From the IMG/VR virus record IMGVR_UViG_3300028591_000001, positions 51,547 through 115,546 of that record: a DNA stretch of 64,000 bases; one strand, given 5' to 3'. Both the position numbers and the translations under genes were made by a program. The DNA is from a virus. Taxonomy: Duplodnaviria; Heunggongvirae; Uroviricota; Caudoviricetes. The notes beneath the pieces were generated by a model that was given only the letters and a program-made list of their open reading frames with translations, made no database searches and was not told the origin of the DNA. Shown in pieces: positions 48,520 through 60,840 of the stretch; the stretch's first letter is position 1, and every line of letters starts with the position of its first letter.

Positions 48520-49536
48520 TTAAAATATAATACCACCACCGAAGCCATTGCCCCAACTTCCGTAACCAGAATAGTTAGGACCTACATATGGAGTAGCATT
48601 AGCTGCTACGATATTAGGCCATTGTACAGGAACAGTATTAGGCTATCTAGCAGCAATAGCATCAATCTTATCATCTAAAGCATTTATAGCTCTATTAAAT
48701 ACAAGAGTTTGATTATCATTGCTGATTTGATTTCTTAACTGAGTAATAATATCTCCTTGAGTATTAATTTTGTTTTGTAATTCTCTTTCTTTAAGATCAC
48801 AAAATTCCTTAGTAATAAGAGTACTTTGTCCAGCAATAGCATTAAGAATACTATTTGTATTATTATCAGCTTGTCTAGTAAGAGTATTAGTCTATTGACA
48901 AACAGCAAGTTGATCAGCACTTTCAATATTAGCCATCTATAACTAAGTTGCAGCATGATTTTGTGCACTCTATAACTATTGATTAGCATAATTTTGAGAA
49001 GCCAATAAAGTAGATTCAGCATGATTAGCAGCAGCTTGAGCTTGAATTGCATTAGTTTGATTAGCAATAGCTAATCTATTTTCACAGCAACAATTACATA
49101 ATTGTTGACTTAATGAAGCATTTCCAGCTTGTATACTGTTAATTACCTACTAACCACTCATTCCAACCTGACTTCCAACAGATTGAATTGCAGTTTGAAT
49201 AGCATTTACTCCATTCTGAACATTACTTACTGAAGTATTAAGCATAGTAGCTAATTGACTTAAAGAATCAGCTCTTCCATTAATTGCTTGAAGAAGAAGA
49301 TCTCTACCAGCATCATTATTTAACTGATTAGCAAGGAATCCTGTTCCAGCATTGTTTCCAAAACCTCCAAAGTTTCCATTGCCACCAAAAATCCAAGGGA
49401 ACAAAATCCACATAAACATCATCCACATCCAACTACCATTATTTCCAAAACCTCCGTTTTGGGATAATGCGAACATTAAATTAGGATCAATAGAATTGTT
49501 TCCATCAGGAATAGTATAAATTTTACTTTCAGACAT
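48520..49536 (-). CDS. Gly-rich membrane-anchored coiled-coil protein with CNCCC motif (338 aa)
   Basis: GGFGNNGSWMWMMFMWILFPWIFGG TM segment, LCNCCCEN, long Q/N-rich coil, Gly/Tyr-rich C-terminus; extends through TAGs to TAA 48520. Confidence 0.8.
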
Positions 49537-49632
49537 AAATAATTAAATTTTAAATTGTTAAAAATTGTACTTCTTTTCGAAGCATTATCTAGTTGCAACT
49601 AAAATAAAATTATTTATACTATAAGAAATGAG

Positions 49633-49694
49633 AAAACGTTACTAAATATTTTGTAACTAATTGATAATCAGATACTTACATTTAGTAACGTTTT
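49633..49694. repeat. 15-bp perfect inverted repeat enclosing a nested imperfect palindrome
   Basis: aaaacgttactaaat (49633-49647) and atttagtaacgtttt (49680-49694) flank tgtaactaattgataatcagatacttaca. Confidence 0.85.
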
Positions 49695-49735
49695 AAAAAT
49701 ATATTAGAATTTAATAAAAATTTTTGTATAAAAAC

Positions 49736-49779
49736 AAAAATAGCTAGAAACATCTAAAAAGACATTTCTAGCTATTTTT
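49736..49779 (-). terminator. Rho-independent terminator
   Basis: aaaaatagctagaaa...tttctagctattttt stem directly after the stop at 49795. Confidence 0.75.
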
Positions 49780-49794
49780 AAATAATTTATCTTA

Positions 49795-50151
49795 TTATAA
49801 GTTATTTAACTATTCTTCTATCTCTCTATGTTCTTGTCTGAGTTGTCTACGAGTACTCTACCAATCTCCATATTGAGTCATATCTTCTCCGTCAATATAT
49901 TTACTAGTCAAGTAATCCATAGATTTTAACTCTTCTTCTATCTATATAAGTCTATCTTGAAGACGTTGTTTTTCTAACTCTTCTTCAGTAAGCTCTGGTG
50001 CTGGCTCAGGCGTCCACTCTTCAAAACCCCAAGCCTCCAGCTGTTCCTTGGTAGGAATACCACTGAACACCGATCCGTCGTTCAGCCTGCGAGTAATGCT
50101 GTTTTCTTCCTGGTACCACTCTTGGGTTTCTTTGTTTACATATCTCTTCAT
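49795..50151 (-). CDS. Tail-fibre assembly/chaperone-like protein (118 aa)
   Basis: MKRYVNKET...PTKEQLEAWGFEEW...LKSMDYLTSKYIDG...RR(Q)LRQE; reads through the TAG at 49942. Confidence 0.65.
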
Positions 50152-50211
50152 ATCGCGTACATTATATATATTATCACTTCCTTGTACGTTGCAATTCCAT
50201 TGCAACCGTTA

Positions 50212-51066
50212 TCAGCTCGTCGCTATCGTCCATCCGCTTGGCACAGTGTTGGCATCTCTTGTAATAGAGTTCTGCCAAGTTGCAGACGTACTCCTCACAA
50301 ATTTTCTTGTTCCAGATGTTGCAACACCGCTCAGCCAAGCCATTGTATAGCTTGTTTCTGGCGTTGTAGTAAACAATGCTTTTACATATCGAAGGGAACT
50401 ACATCTTGAAAACATGTATTTATAGCAACCGCTTACGAGTGTCGTTGCTGGCAATTCTGGAGCACTTGTTAAAGAAGTACAGTTATAAAACATTGCGTTA
50501 TAGCAGTAGCTGGCAAGCGTTGTCGCTGGCAACAACGGTGCCTGCGTCAGACGGGAACAATTTTGGAACATGCCACTATAGCAGTAGCTGGCAAGCGTTG
50601 TCGCTGGCAATTCTGGAGCACTTGTTAAAGAAGTACAGTTATAAAACAACGAAACAAACGCATAATTTCTTACCGTAAGTTTTCCTTCAAAATCATCACC
50701 GTATAATAAAGACATAACGTTGCCGCTTGCTGCAAATATGCCTGTTGAACTAAAATACGAAGCATTAGCAAAAGCCATTGTCTGTGCCATAGACAGGCCA
50801 GACCCTTTCCATAGTACGCTATTCCCTTCTGTTATTGTAGGTGTAGTAATAACCACCTCTGTATCGTCTATATTATTGGTGGTTACCCATGTAACACCGT
50901 TGTCAATACTGTAAGATACAGATTGAAGACTTGATGTTTTAACGCTAGAAGCAATCTTTAACGTAAAAACACAATTACCTTGCGCAGTAAACTTCAAATG
51001 ACCAGGTCCTTCAGTGGTACCATTTATCTTCTTTCCGTATCTCCTTCTCTTAACCAATTGTGCCAT
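50212..51066 (-). CDS. Leucine-rich-repeat (BspA-like) putative receptor-binding protein (284 aa)
   Basis: 26-aa repeats F.NCTSLTSAPELPATTLA..CY..M; ASGNVMSLLYGDDF motif; GC-rich and TAG-free. Confidence 0.8.
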   Translation of the reverse strand: MAQLVKRRRYGKKINGTTEGPGHLKFTAQGNCVFTLKIASSVKTSSLQSVSYSIDNGVTWVTTNNIDDTEVVITTPTITEGNSVLWKGSGLSMAQTMAFANASYFSSTGIFAASGNVMSLLYGDDFEGKLTVRNYAFVSLFYNCTSLTSAPELPATTLASYCYSGMFQNCSRLTQAPLLPATTLASYCYNAMFYNCTSLTSAPELPATTLVSGCYKYMFSRCSSLRYVKALFTTTPETSYTMAWLSGVATSGTRKFVRSTSATWQNSITRDANTVPSGWTIATS

Positions 51067-51781
51067 GTGCGATAATCCATTTAGTTCCGTTCCACATAAA
51101 ATTCAACTCATAGCTTTTAGAAGCCACAATAGCATAGTCTGAAAAGTATGATATTGTCTGACTACCCGCACTGCTGATGGTCACTGCAGGTCTGCTACCA
51201 GTAGTAAAGTTCAGTATCAGTCCTACGGGCTTTGTTACACCGGTATCCATCGTAGGTAGTGTGATAGCCAGCGTGCCAACATTGTATGTTAGCTTGTAGT
51301 ATTTACCTGTCTCTGCTGTCAGCGTTGTGCCACTACTTATTGTTTCTATGGTTAAAGTATCTTCTTTTTCTTCTATCTATTCATTTATATTTGTGAGCAA
51401 TGTCTATACTGATGCCCCATTGTCATCATACACTGCCGAAACATGAGTAATAGGTACCTACCAAGTTCCGTCTTCTCTAAGAAATTTATTAGTTCCAGCG
51501 ACAGCACCAGGGTCAGGAACTAATCCTGAAGCATGTCCTGATCCAGAACCTCCCATTACAGAAACATTTCCTCCTCCGTTTCCACCAGAAGGTTCTTTCC
51601 ATGTTCCATCTTCACAAAGAAATTTACTTGTTCCAGCGGTAGCTCCTGGATCTGGTACTTGTCCTGGAGCATGATTTTGGCCAGATGCTCCCATTGTACT
51701 TCCATACAAAGTATCTATTATCTCTGCAAAGGTTTCGAGCTACTCAGCCTTAATAATTTTTCTTCTTTGAGTATCATTCAT
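51050..51781 (-). CDS. Fibre-like protein with two GLVPxPG...KFLxEDGTW repeats (243 aa)
   Basis: Joins track ORFs 51458-51709 and 51050-51250 in frame via TAGs; ATG 51781. Confidence 0.75.
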
Positions 51782-51803
51782 ATTCTATTTAAATTAAAAA
51801 AAT

Positions 51804-51838
51804 TAAAGGCATGAAAAGCCCGAATTTTCATACCTTTA
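51804..51838 (-). terminator. Rho-independent terminator
   Basis: taaaggcatgaaaa...ttttcataccttta stem followed by a T-run on the minus strand. Confidence 0.7.
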
Positions 51839-51850
51839 TAAATTTATCTA

Positions 51851-52837
51851 TTAACCATTATTAGATATTGGATCTAATCCAAAGATTGCTCTAATATCAT
51901 TATCATTAGCAACCACTACTTTCTACTTAGAAGCAGAAATTTCTCCATTAGCATTCTAAGAGATTCCAGACAAGAAAGCAATTGTAGTATCATCATAGGT
52001 AGTACCCATTGTAACAGCTGCAGCATTTGCTACTGCGATATCTTCAACTGCTGTTTGTTTTATCTTAAAGTCAGAAGCCTTTGAACCAGAATCTTTTAAA
52101 TTACCATAAGCATCTAATCCAGCAAAATTGTTTTCTACAGCACTAGCTACTTTATCGGCTTTTCCACTAATATCTTGGTGAGATTGAAGAGCGGTATCAG
52201 CTAAATCTAAAGAATCTTGTACTGATTGAGATAAGTGAGATTTTTGAATAGCTTTCTCTGCAATATCAGCTGTAATTTGATGATTTACTATTGAAAGAGT
52301 TACTGCTTTACCTGTTTGAGTTCCTACTGTTAAGTATTCAATAACTCCAGACATATCAGCATATGAAACAGTTTCTGTAGCTGAACCACTTGCATATGTG
52401 ATATACTTCATATATACACCAGGTCCTGTTACACCTACAGAAGAACCTACTTCAGTTACTCCATCAAAGTATTTTCCAGCATTTTCATCTGTTCCTTCTG
52501 TAATTGATACTAATTGGAAGTTTTTATTGATTAAATCCTTTTCAATATCAATATCCATTGTAGTTGCACCTGCTCCAGTTCCTTTTGTGAAACGATAAGA
52601 TGCTAATTTTCCAGTATTAGGAGTGACAAGTTTTTCAAAAGAAATCTCATCTCCAGCAGCTTTTGAAGCTAATTCAATTAAAGCTGCTTCTACAGTTGTT
52701 GCAGAAGTGAAACTTGATTGAGTTCCTGCAGCAAGAGTTTTGTCCTAATACTTACTATCTGCTAATGATTTAAAGGTTGCAAGTTGTTCAACTTTTACTA
52801 GTTTTGCTTTTTGTGCGTCAGTTAATACTACTGCCAT
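51851..52837 (-). CDS. Fibre/head-decoration-like structural protein (328 aa)
   Basis: MAVVLTDAQKAKLVKVEQL...TVEAALIELA...ADTALQSHQDISGKADKV...GNLKDSG; extends track ORF 51956-52558. Confidence 0.7.
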
Positions 52838-52859
52838 AATTAATTAATTTTTATGTGTT

Positions 52860-53114
52860 TTAATTGTTAAATAAATCTACTATATCCGAGTCTGTTGCAT
52901 ACTCAATATCTTCTGGATTTTCCTCACAATTTTGTAACTCATCTAATTTATCTGATACAATCTTTGCAGCTTCTATTAAACTTAGAGGATTATCTGGATT
53001 TCCTGTTAATTCTTCTAATTTATTAGAAACTAATTCAATTAAAATACTTTGTATAGATGTTTCTGAATTTTGACAAGAACAACATCCTCTGGCCATTTTC
53101 TTTATATAATTCAT
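52860..53114 (-). CDS. Hypothetical protein (84 aa)
   Basis: Track ORF just downstream of a promoter; ends IEYATDSDIVDLFNN, similar to the C-terminus of the next gene. Confidence 0.65.
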   Translation of the reverse strand: MNYIKKMARGCCSCQNSETSIQSILIELVSNKLEELTGNPDNPLSLIEAAKIVSDKLDELQNCEENPEDIEYATDSDIVDLFNN

Positions 53115-53133
53115 AATTAATTTTGATTTACTC

Positions 53134-53164
53134 CAAATATATAAATGTTTTTCTTTTTCTCAAA
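53134..53164 (-). promoter_or_regulatory. Bacteroidetes-type sigma70 promoter
   Basis: TTTG-N19-TATATTTG. Confidence 0.7.
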
Positions 53165-53181
53165 ATATAATTATTTAAATC

Positions 53182-53230
53182 AAATTTTATAACCAAAACT
53201 ACCATTTAAAGTAGTTTGGTTATAAAATTT
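53182..53230 (-). terminator. Long AT-rich hairpin after the 2462-aa gene
   Basis: aaattttataaccaaaactac...gtagtttggttataaaattt. Confidence 0.65.
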
Positions 53231-53239
53231 AATAATTTA

Positions 53240-56200
53240 TTAAGTATAGTAAACTTTTATAGCATTAGGGCACCAAGATAAGAAAGTGGGATCTTCCTTT
53301 AATCTTTCTGGAGCCTATATCTAATATATTCTATTCTAAATATAATTAAAATAATTTACATAGTAATTATCACAATCATATAAAAGTACTATATTAAAAT
53401 ATAACCCATCCTAAATATTACTTGACATCATTGTATTATTATTACTTTTTAAATACCTAATAACAGGACGAGAGCTTGTGTTAAATGTATTATAGGATTT
53501 ATCAAAGAAATTTTTAAAAATAGAATATGTTTCATTATTTATTTCAAAATATAAATTACCTATAGTTACATTCTTAAATTTTATCATATTTTCTATATTA
53601 TTATTAGGAATAGAAGGATAGGTAGGAATAGAGGATGCTACATTAAGGGCAATATAATTATTAGTTTTAATATTTTTTCCTCTTTTCGTTATTGTGTTTG
53701 TTTTATAATACAGAGAAAAAATATTTCCAGATATAGACCCATTCTCCATATAAAATATACTTCCATTTGATAAAGTCTATCCTGATATATTATCTGAAGA
53801 TCTATTTATATTTCCAGTTATATAAAAACTACTATTTGAGATAGTGTTGTCAGAAGATACATTAACTCTATCAAATCTCTAATATATACTATTATATAAC
53901 TATAAATAATAATATTCACTCCCATTTGAATATTTCATACTATATGTTCCACCATTAACCTAAAAACATTCAAATAAACTAGAATTTGCATCAGTATAGC
54001 CTCCACTATAATTTATTATTTTACATACTAAATTAAAATTTTTAATAAAATCTAAATTATTATTACTAATATCTATTCCATAATAATAATAATTAGTCTT
54101 TGGAAATGTAATTGCTTTATATGATTTATTTAATAAATTAATTAAAGTTTGTGAAGGAAGTGCATTACTAAGATAATAATATATCTAGCCACTAAAAGAT
54201 ATATCCATCTTAAAATTGTTATTTAATGTTTTTGACGCTATTAATAATGGAGTATCTAAATATACGCTCCTTCTATTATTAACGTATATCTATTTAAGCT
54301 TATTTCCTACTCCTTCAATATTTTTACAAGAAATTCCATCTATCGTTAGATTTTCTACATTATATGGAATAAACAAATCATTAAGATTTTTTGATGAATT
54401 TAAATTAAATATTAATGTATTTAACTTAGGTAAACAGCCTGTTGGAAATAAATTTTTATTTTCATCTTCTATATTAGAGTTTTCAAAAGGAAAGTTATTA
54501 GCAATAGTTATTCCTTGTAAATTATTTAAATATTTAAAAATACTCTGGTTATCATTAGTTAAATATATATTTGGATCTTCCCAAGTATCTGTATCAAATA
54601 CCATAGTTCCAGTAATTTCATTTAACTCTGATTTATAGTAATTCTAGATTGTAGTTTTATCTATTCCTGTACTATTCTAATAGCATGTTCCAATATAATT
54701 ATATAAATCATTTTGTGCTGGAGTTATGAGCGCAATATTATCATTTATTACAATTATATTTTTAGTTATAACTTCAGTTTTTCCAGACTTAAATTCAATA
54801 GTAGTTGTTAATGTATATGTTCTACTTGTATCAATTTCATCATTATTAAATGATACTAATGTAATACCATATCCTTTTTGAGAAAATAATACATATTTTA
54901 TATACTAATCATTTACACTTACAACCATTTCGTCGTTTGAGAAATTAATATTTTCTGGATTATCATTAATATCAAAATCACTATAACTTAAAACAAATAA
55001 ATTATTGCTACCATATTGTAATTTAAACTTAACATCAGTTATAGTAGCATTATGAGTACTTTCAGGATTATCATATATTGGTTCAACATATAATTCACTT
55101 ACCACTCCATTTTGCCAAAAATTAATATTGTCTTTTATATATCGAACATTTTCATAATTTCCTACCTATGATACATTAAAGTTATAAGAACTAGGATATA
55201 TAGCAGATACAATATGAATAATAACAGGTTCTCCTACAACAACATTACCTTCTTCTGAGGATACACATTTTACCATTACATTATATCCATCTCCATTATT
55301 TTGGCTTTCATTTGCTTTGAGATATGTAACTCCACCTTCTTTAGAAATTACTACATCTTTATATCCTATAGAATTTAATCCTGTTCCATCATAATTTCCT
55401 ACTAACCAAGTATAATTACCAGTTTCTGATGCAAGTTTAAATTTAGTAGCATTTAAAGAAGCTTTAAAGCCTTCCTACAAAACTAAATTACCATCAATTA
55501 ATTCTGCATCTGGACCAACATTTACAATTAAATCATTAGTATACTGGTCAATAACAAGGAAAGAATTAATTGTAAATACAGAATCTCCAAACCATTTTCG
55601 GATCTAACTTAACTAAAAAGAAGTAAGAGGATCTTCAGTAAGTACTATATAACCTCCAAGATTTTTTCCTATATTATGGCTACTTCCGTCTTCTTCAAAA
55701 CCACCATTAAACATAGCTAATCTTCTTAAATCTTCAAAAGTTATATCCCTCCAATCTATTTTATCTATTTTTAGAGTTTTATTTGCTATTTCTTCTTCCC
55801 AATTCTCTCCAGCTCTTTCTATAATACAATCAATCCATTTAAATACCAATTCTTTAGATTCTGGTCTCTATCCAGTACTTCCTAACAACTCTATAGTGTT
55901 TAAACTACTAGGAATGTTCAATGAATAATCTCCATCAATATTACATCTAGTAAATTGTGCAGACATTGGTTTAACCTCTTCATCATTATTAGACTATTCA
56001 TTATTTTTAGTTATTACTCCATCCCAGAAGGATATATTTTTCCAACTACTGTTTTTTAATGATAAAGTACTTAACTAAGAATATTTTTCTCCATCTGTAT
56101 ATGTATTTATTCCAGGAAGTCTTAAAGTATCAAACTAATTACCTGTTTCAGAGCTATAAAAATAATCATGTTTTCCACCAATTGCAGAAAAATTCTTTAA

Positions 56201-59200
56201 TCTAGTTCTATTACCTTTTCTAATATTATTTTCTGTATCAAAAATATTCTATCCATCAATATTAAGATCAATTATATTAGCCAAAGCATCCATTCCTTCT
56301 ATATTAACTAATTTTCCTGTTTCTGGATCAAAAACACTAGAAGATATTTCTGAATTTTTTCCATTTATTTGTCCAGAATAATGATTCTCATCTATTTGTG
56401 TAAGTTTTACTCCAATATTAAGAATTTTTATAGGGGCTCCTAAAACTTGTGAAAAACTTCCACCTAAGTCTATATTTTCTAATCCTGAAGCTATATCAGA
56501 CAAATTTAATTCTTCAATATATGTAGCACCATAAATATAAAGAGGCTATTTATTTGTAATAGTTAACTAAGATATATCAAAATTAGCGGGACTTTTTCTA
56601 TTAGCAGATCCATCGGTAATATTTCCATTCTAATCTATAGCATTTATATAACTAGCTCCAGAACCTTCATTATTCATCATTATCTAAAAGAAAGTCTCTG
56701 CATTAGGAGTTATTGCTATTTTATCTCCAGAATTAGGACTATGTTTAGTAATTATTCTTACTAAATTTTTAGTAAATTCTCCAACTTTCCATTTTGCATC
56801 ATAATAATTCATTGATGTTGAAAGCCACCAATGTCTATGAGTTGTTCTAGCTCCCTATAAATACTATAATTTACGGTTATCAGTTCCTCTAGATTGTACA
56901 TATTTAAAATACCCACTTTCATTATAAATTATTTCACACCATTTTTCAGCAAATTCTTTATCAAATTTAGCAGTAAGTGTTTCATAATTTAATCCTGCAT
57001 TATATAATGCCTAAGAAGTTTCTCTTACTACTTGTCCTCTCCAAATAGGCCAAGCTTCTAGTGCATCCCATAACCAGTTACTGGTATTTCTACTTCTTCC
57101 GGAAAAAGCGTAGTTATTTGCATCACTAGGCCATACTGAATCTCTATTAATTGGAGGATTAAATTCTATACCACCAGTATTTTTATTACCAAGAGCGATA
57201 TCCATATCCCAAGGTTCATAATGCCAATGTTGGCCATCATATGTTTTTAATTGAGCATTACGTTCAACAGAGTCAACAAGACCAAGCCTTAAGAAAAATA
57301 TATAATATGCTGCAAGTTTATAAAGATCTAAATGTTTTGGTGCAGTTGCTTCGAAACACTGTTGTGCAGTAGAATAAGTTCCAGCAGCCCAACCAAAATT
57401 TCCTTTTCCAAGTGTTTCTCCATATCTAGCCCATTCTTCATTTTGTGTATCTTTTGCATAATCATTTCTTGTTGCAACAAGCCACTTAAACCAATATACA
57501 AATGGTTTTGTTTTTTTTACAAATTCAGAATTTTCACTAAATTTAGTTGTGTCTGTATCATATATTCCACCTTTTTTCTTAGGATCACCAATATTATGAC
57601 CTGCAACATCATCAGGATCAGGATATATTAATTCAAAATCAGATTCCCATGCATATTGTTCCACAGAAATGTTATTTTCTTCTTCAAGAACAGTAGTAAT
57701 TTTCTATTCAAACTCCTATCCTTTAGCATTTATTGTAGATAAAAATGATGTAAAATTATTATCAATATTTACATCTTCTATTCTTAATACTTTACTATTA
57801 TCCCAAAGTTTATTTGTATCTATATCATCATCTTTATGTTCTCCTATACAAAATGGGTCAGTTGGAAAATTATAGATACTTCTTTCTCCATAACAATAGT
57901 CACTTTTTTTATCATCCATAAAAACATATTGTCCTAAGAAAATTCTTTCTTCAGTTCCAGTATTTTTATAAAAAACAACACAAGGAAATGAGTCTGGAGC
58001 ATTTCTTATTTTATAAGGAAATGGTTTGTTTGGATGATATGACTTCCAAGTTTTTTGTTCAGAATTTTCTCCTAATTTAGTTCCATCATTATTTGGAATG
58101 CTAGGATTTAATAAAGCAGTTTCCCCAGAAGCAAATAATTGTGGATCAGTTCTTAATAAATGTTGACTTTCTCCATTTACTGTAAATACTGCATTATACC
58201 AAGTATCATTAATAACCTATAATATAGAACCATTATGTACACCAGATGAATCAGCATAGTTTGCTTGTAATACAAATTTATTTGCAGGAATTGCTCCACT
58301 CTTCATTATATATCTATTTTTTCCTAATCTGTATTTAGAACTTCCACTCCATTCTAAAGTAGGAGTTCCTACATTATATGATGATTTATTTAACCAAAAT
58401 TTTAAAGAAGATATAGGAAATCTTAAAGTAGACTAACCATGTTTTCTCATTCTTATATTATTTCCTATAAAATTACTTTCTTTAGTTATATCAAAAGGAC
58501 AAGTTCTTGTTATTGTAACATTAGTTTCAGCTTCTTTACCTGAGTTAGGATTAAGTAAATCACTAAGATTTCCTTCTATAAGAATTGTATCTAATTTATT
58601 TATGCAAGATTCATAACTTATTTTTTTATCCTATAATACATTATTTCTTAATATTATTTCTGTTTTATTTGGGCTATCAAATACAAAATTATTATAAGCT
58701 TCTGTATAACTTAATGCATTTAAATAAACTTTAATTGAATATACTCTTACTCCAGAAGCACTTCCTCCTATCCTAATAATACTATTTTTGTCTTGAGCTT
58801 CATAATTATATCCTCCTTTTGGTTCTGCTCTTTCTAAAATTCCATTAGTAACAATATATAAAAGAGAGTTATCCGTAGTTGAATTATAATTTCCACTTAT
58901 AATAAAAGATAATCTAACTCTTTCATAACTCTTAAAATTAGTATATATATGTTTTCGTTCTTCACTATCATAAAGAGTAGCAGTGGTAGGAGTTACTTCA
59001 ATTCTTGCTCCATTTGGATCTCCAAATAATACAATAACATCATCATCATTTACTACTTTTTCAGATTCAAAATCTATTTCAATTGTTCTTCCAGAACTTT
59101 GTGGAGCATTTGATAAAGGATTATACCCTATTATAGCATACTAATCTGGGCCACTAACTCTTAAACTATTATTATACCATCCAGAACTTTCGTCCCAAGT

Positions 59201-60628
59201 AATTTCATTAGAAAATTCTGTATTTATTTCTCCAAATGTCCAGGTGTCTTTATCATTAGATGAATTATCTTTTCCATAAGCAGATAATTTTAGGTTATAA
59301 TCTGAAGTTTCTTTAATATCAGACGAGCTTTTTGCAATTTTTATTGGAATTCTATAATTTGTAATTTCTACTCCATTTACAAAAGGACATAAATATGATA
59401 AAGTTCCTTCTGCTGTACTAATAGGTGGAATAAAAGTTAAATCTGGAGATTTTTGTCCTTTAATACCTTCTAATGTTGTTAATACAATATAATCTGAACC
59501 ATTTTTTAATTTCCACTAAATTTGTGCTGAAGTATTTTGCTAATTATTTGTAAAATAACCCCACTCTAATTTAAATTCTTCATATTGAGTAGCCTCTAAG
59601 AAAAATTGTTCAATTGGAGGAATTTTTCCATAAATAGAAACCCCTTTAGATATTGCGTGATCCGCTGAAGCTACTTCTGTATTTCTGTTAATAAAAGTAT
59701 AATATAATACATTGCTTCGGAATGTAGAAGAACCATAAACCATATATGCAACTATTTCTAAAGTATGTGGTCCTTCTAACTAATTATTCTACAAATTAAA
59801 CCTCACTTCAGATTTATCCTTTTCTACATCTATTTTTGATTTTTGTACTCCATCTATAAATATTAATAAATAAACATTAGAATTTTCTACATTATTTCCA
59901 CTTATAAATACAGCATCACCTTTAGTCTAGTTAAATAATAGAGAATCTTTAGTAAAAATATTATAAAACTAAAAATTACTTGAAATAGATAAATCAAAAA
60001 CTACAATATTTGGTTTAAAAGTAATTTCAGCTTCAGAAGCCTATCCAGTTAAAATTATTTCTATTTTATTATTTCCAACCTCAAGATAATTACTTAAATC
60101 AAAAATAGCATTAGAATATTGTGAATCAGGTTTAGGATTATATTCATAAAATTCTATTTTGCTATATGTTTTTCCAGAAGGGGTTTCAATTATATATTTT
60201 GCCTATAATACATCAATGTATATATCTTCTCTGTCATTTTTTATACACCAATCAAAATCTATTATCTAATCTTGTAATGAAACTCCTTTCTATACATATT
60301 TTATTCCATTAACAATCCCATTTACAGATACAAAATAACTACTAGGTTTAGGATACTCTAAAATAAGTAAATCAGCATTAGCTTCTCTATCTTCGTTCCA
60401 TCTTAAATAAGATTCTTCACTAGAAAACAATCTATACACTTGTCCTCCATCTTTCCTAACCAGAGGTCTTCTTAGATGTTCTTGTATTAATTGTCTTATA
60501 CTACTTCCAGCAATTCCATCATATTTTCCTGGACCTATATTAATTCTAGATTCATCTGTAATAAAATCTTTACCATCATTCCAGTTTACAAATTCATCAA
60601 TCTTGCCTGTATATAAATTTAAATCCAT
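53240..60628 (-). CDS. Large tail spike-like protein with LamG-like, CotH-kinase-like and LRR regions (~2462 aa)
   Basis: Nine track fragments share one frame. Kinase-like motifs LQANYADSSGVHN, FLGQYVF, GLVDSVERN...WHYEPWDMDIALG; TIEIDF..LamG-like segment at ~59070. Confidence 0.75.
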
Positions 60629-60636
60629 AATATAAT

Positions 60637-60828
60637 TTAATCAGTCCAAGGTGTATCTTCTGTCCAAGGATATTCATCAATCCAATATCCATTATAATAA
60701 CAAGACAGAATTTCATCAATTATCTCTTTTTCTATAGGCCAAACTTTTTGTCCCTATGTGTAAACGGACAGTACTTTCCATCCGTTTACAAACATAGAAA
60801 CAATTTCTCCATTATTTACTTTAATCAT
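60637..60828 (-). CDS. Small tail-associated protein (63 aa)
   Basis: MIKVNNGEI...VYT(Q)GQKVWP...SCYYNGYWIDEYPWTEDTPWTD*. Confidence 0.7.
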
Positions 60829-60840
60829 ATTAATTAATTA

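Noticed and set aside
22973..49067. Alternative-frame minus ORFs 22973-23230, 43817-44002, 44075-44269 and 48735-49067
   Set aside because: They overlap better-supported code-15 genes in another frame.
45519..51066. Diversity-generating retroelement
   Set aside because: No reverse transcriptase and no TR/VR pair with adenine-specific mismatches in this window; the LRR repeats are exact intragenic duplications.
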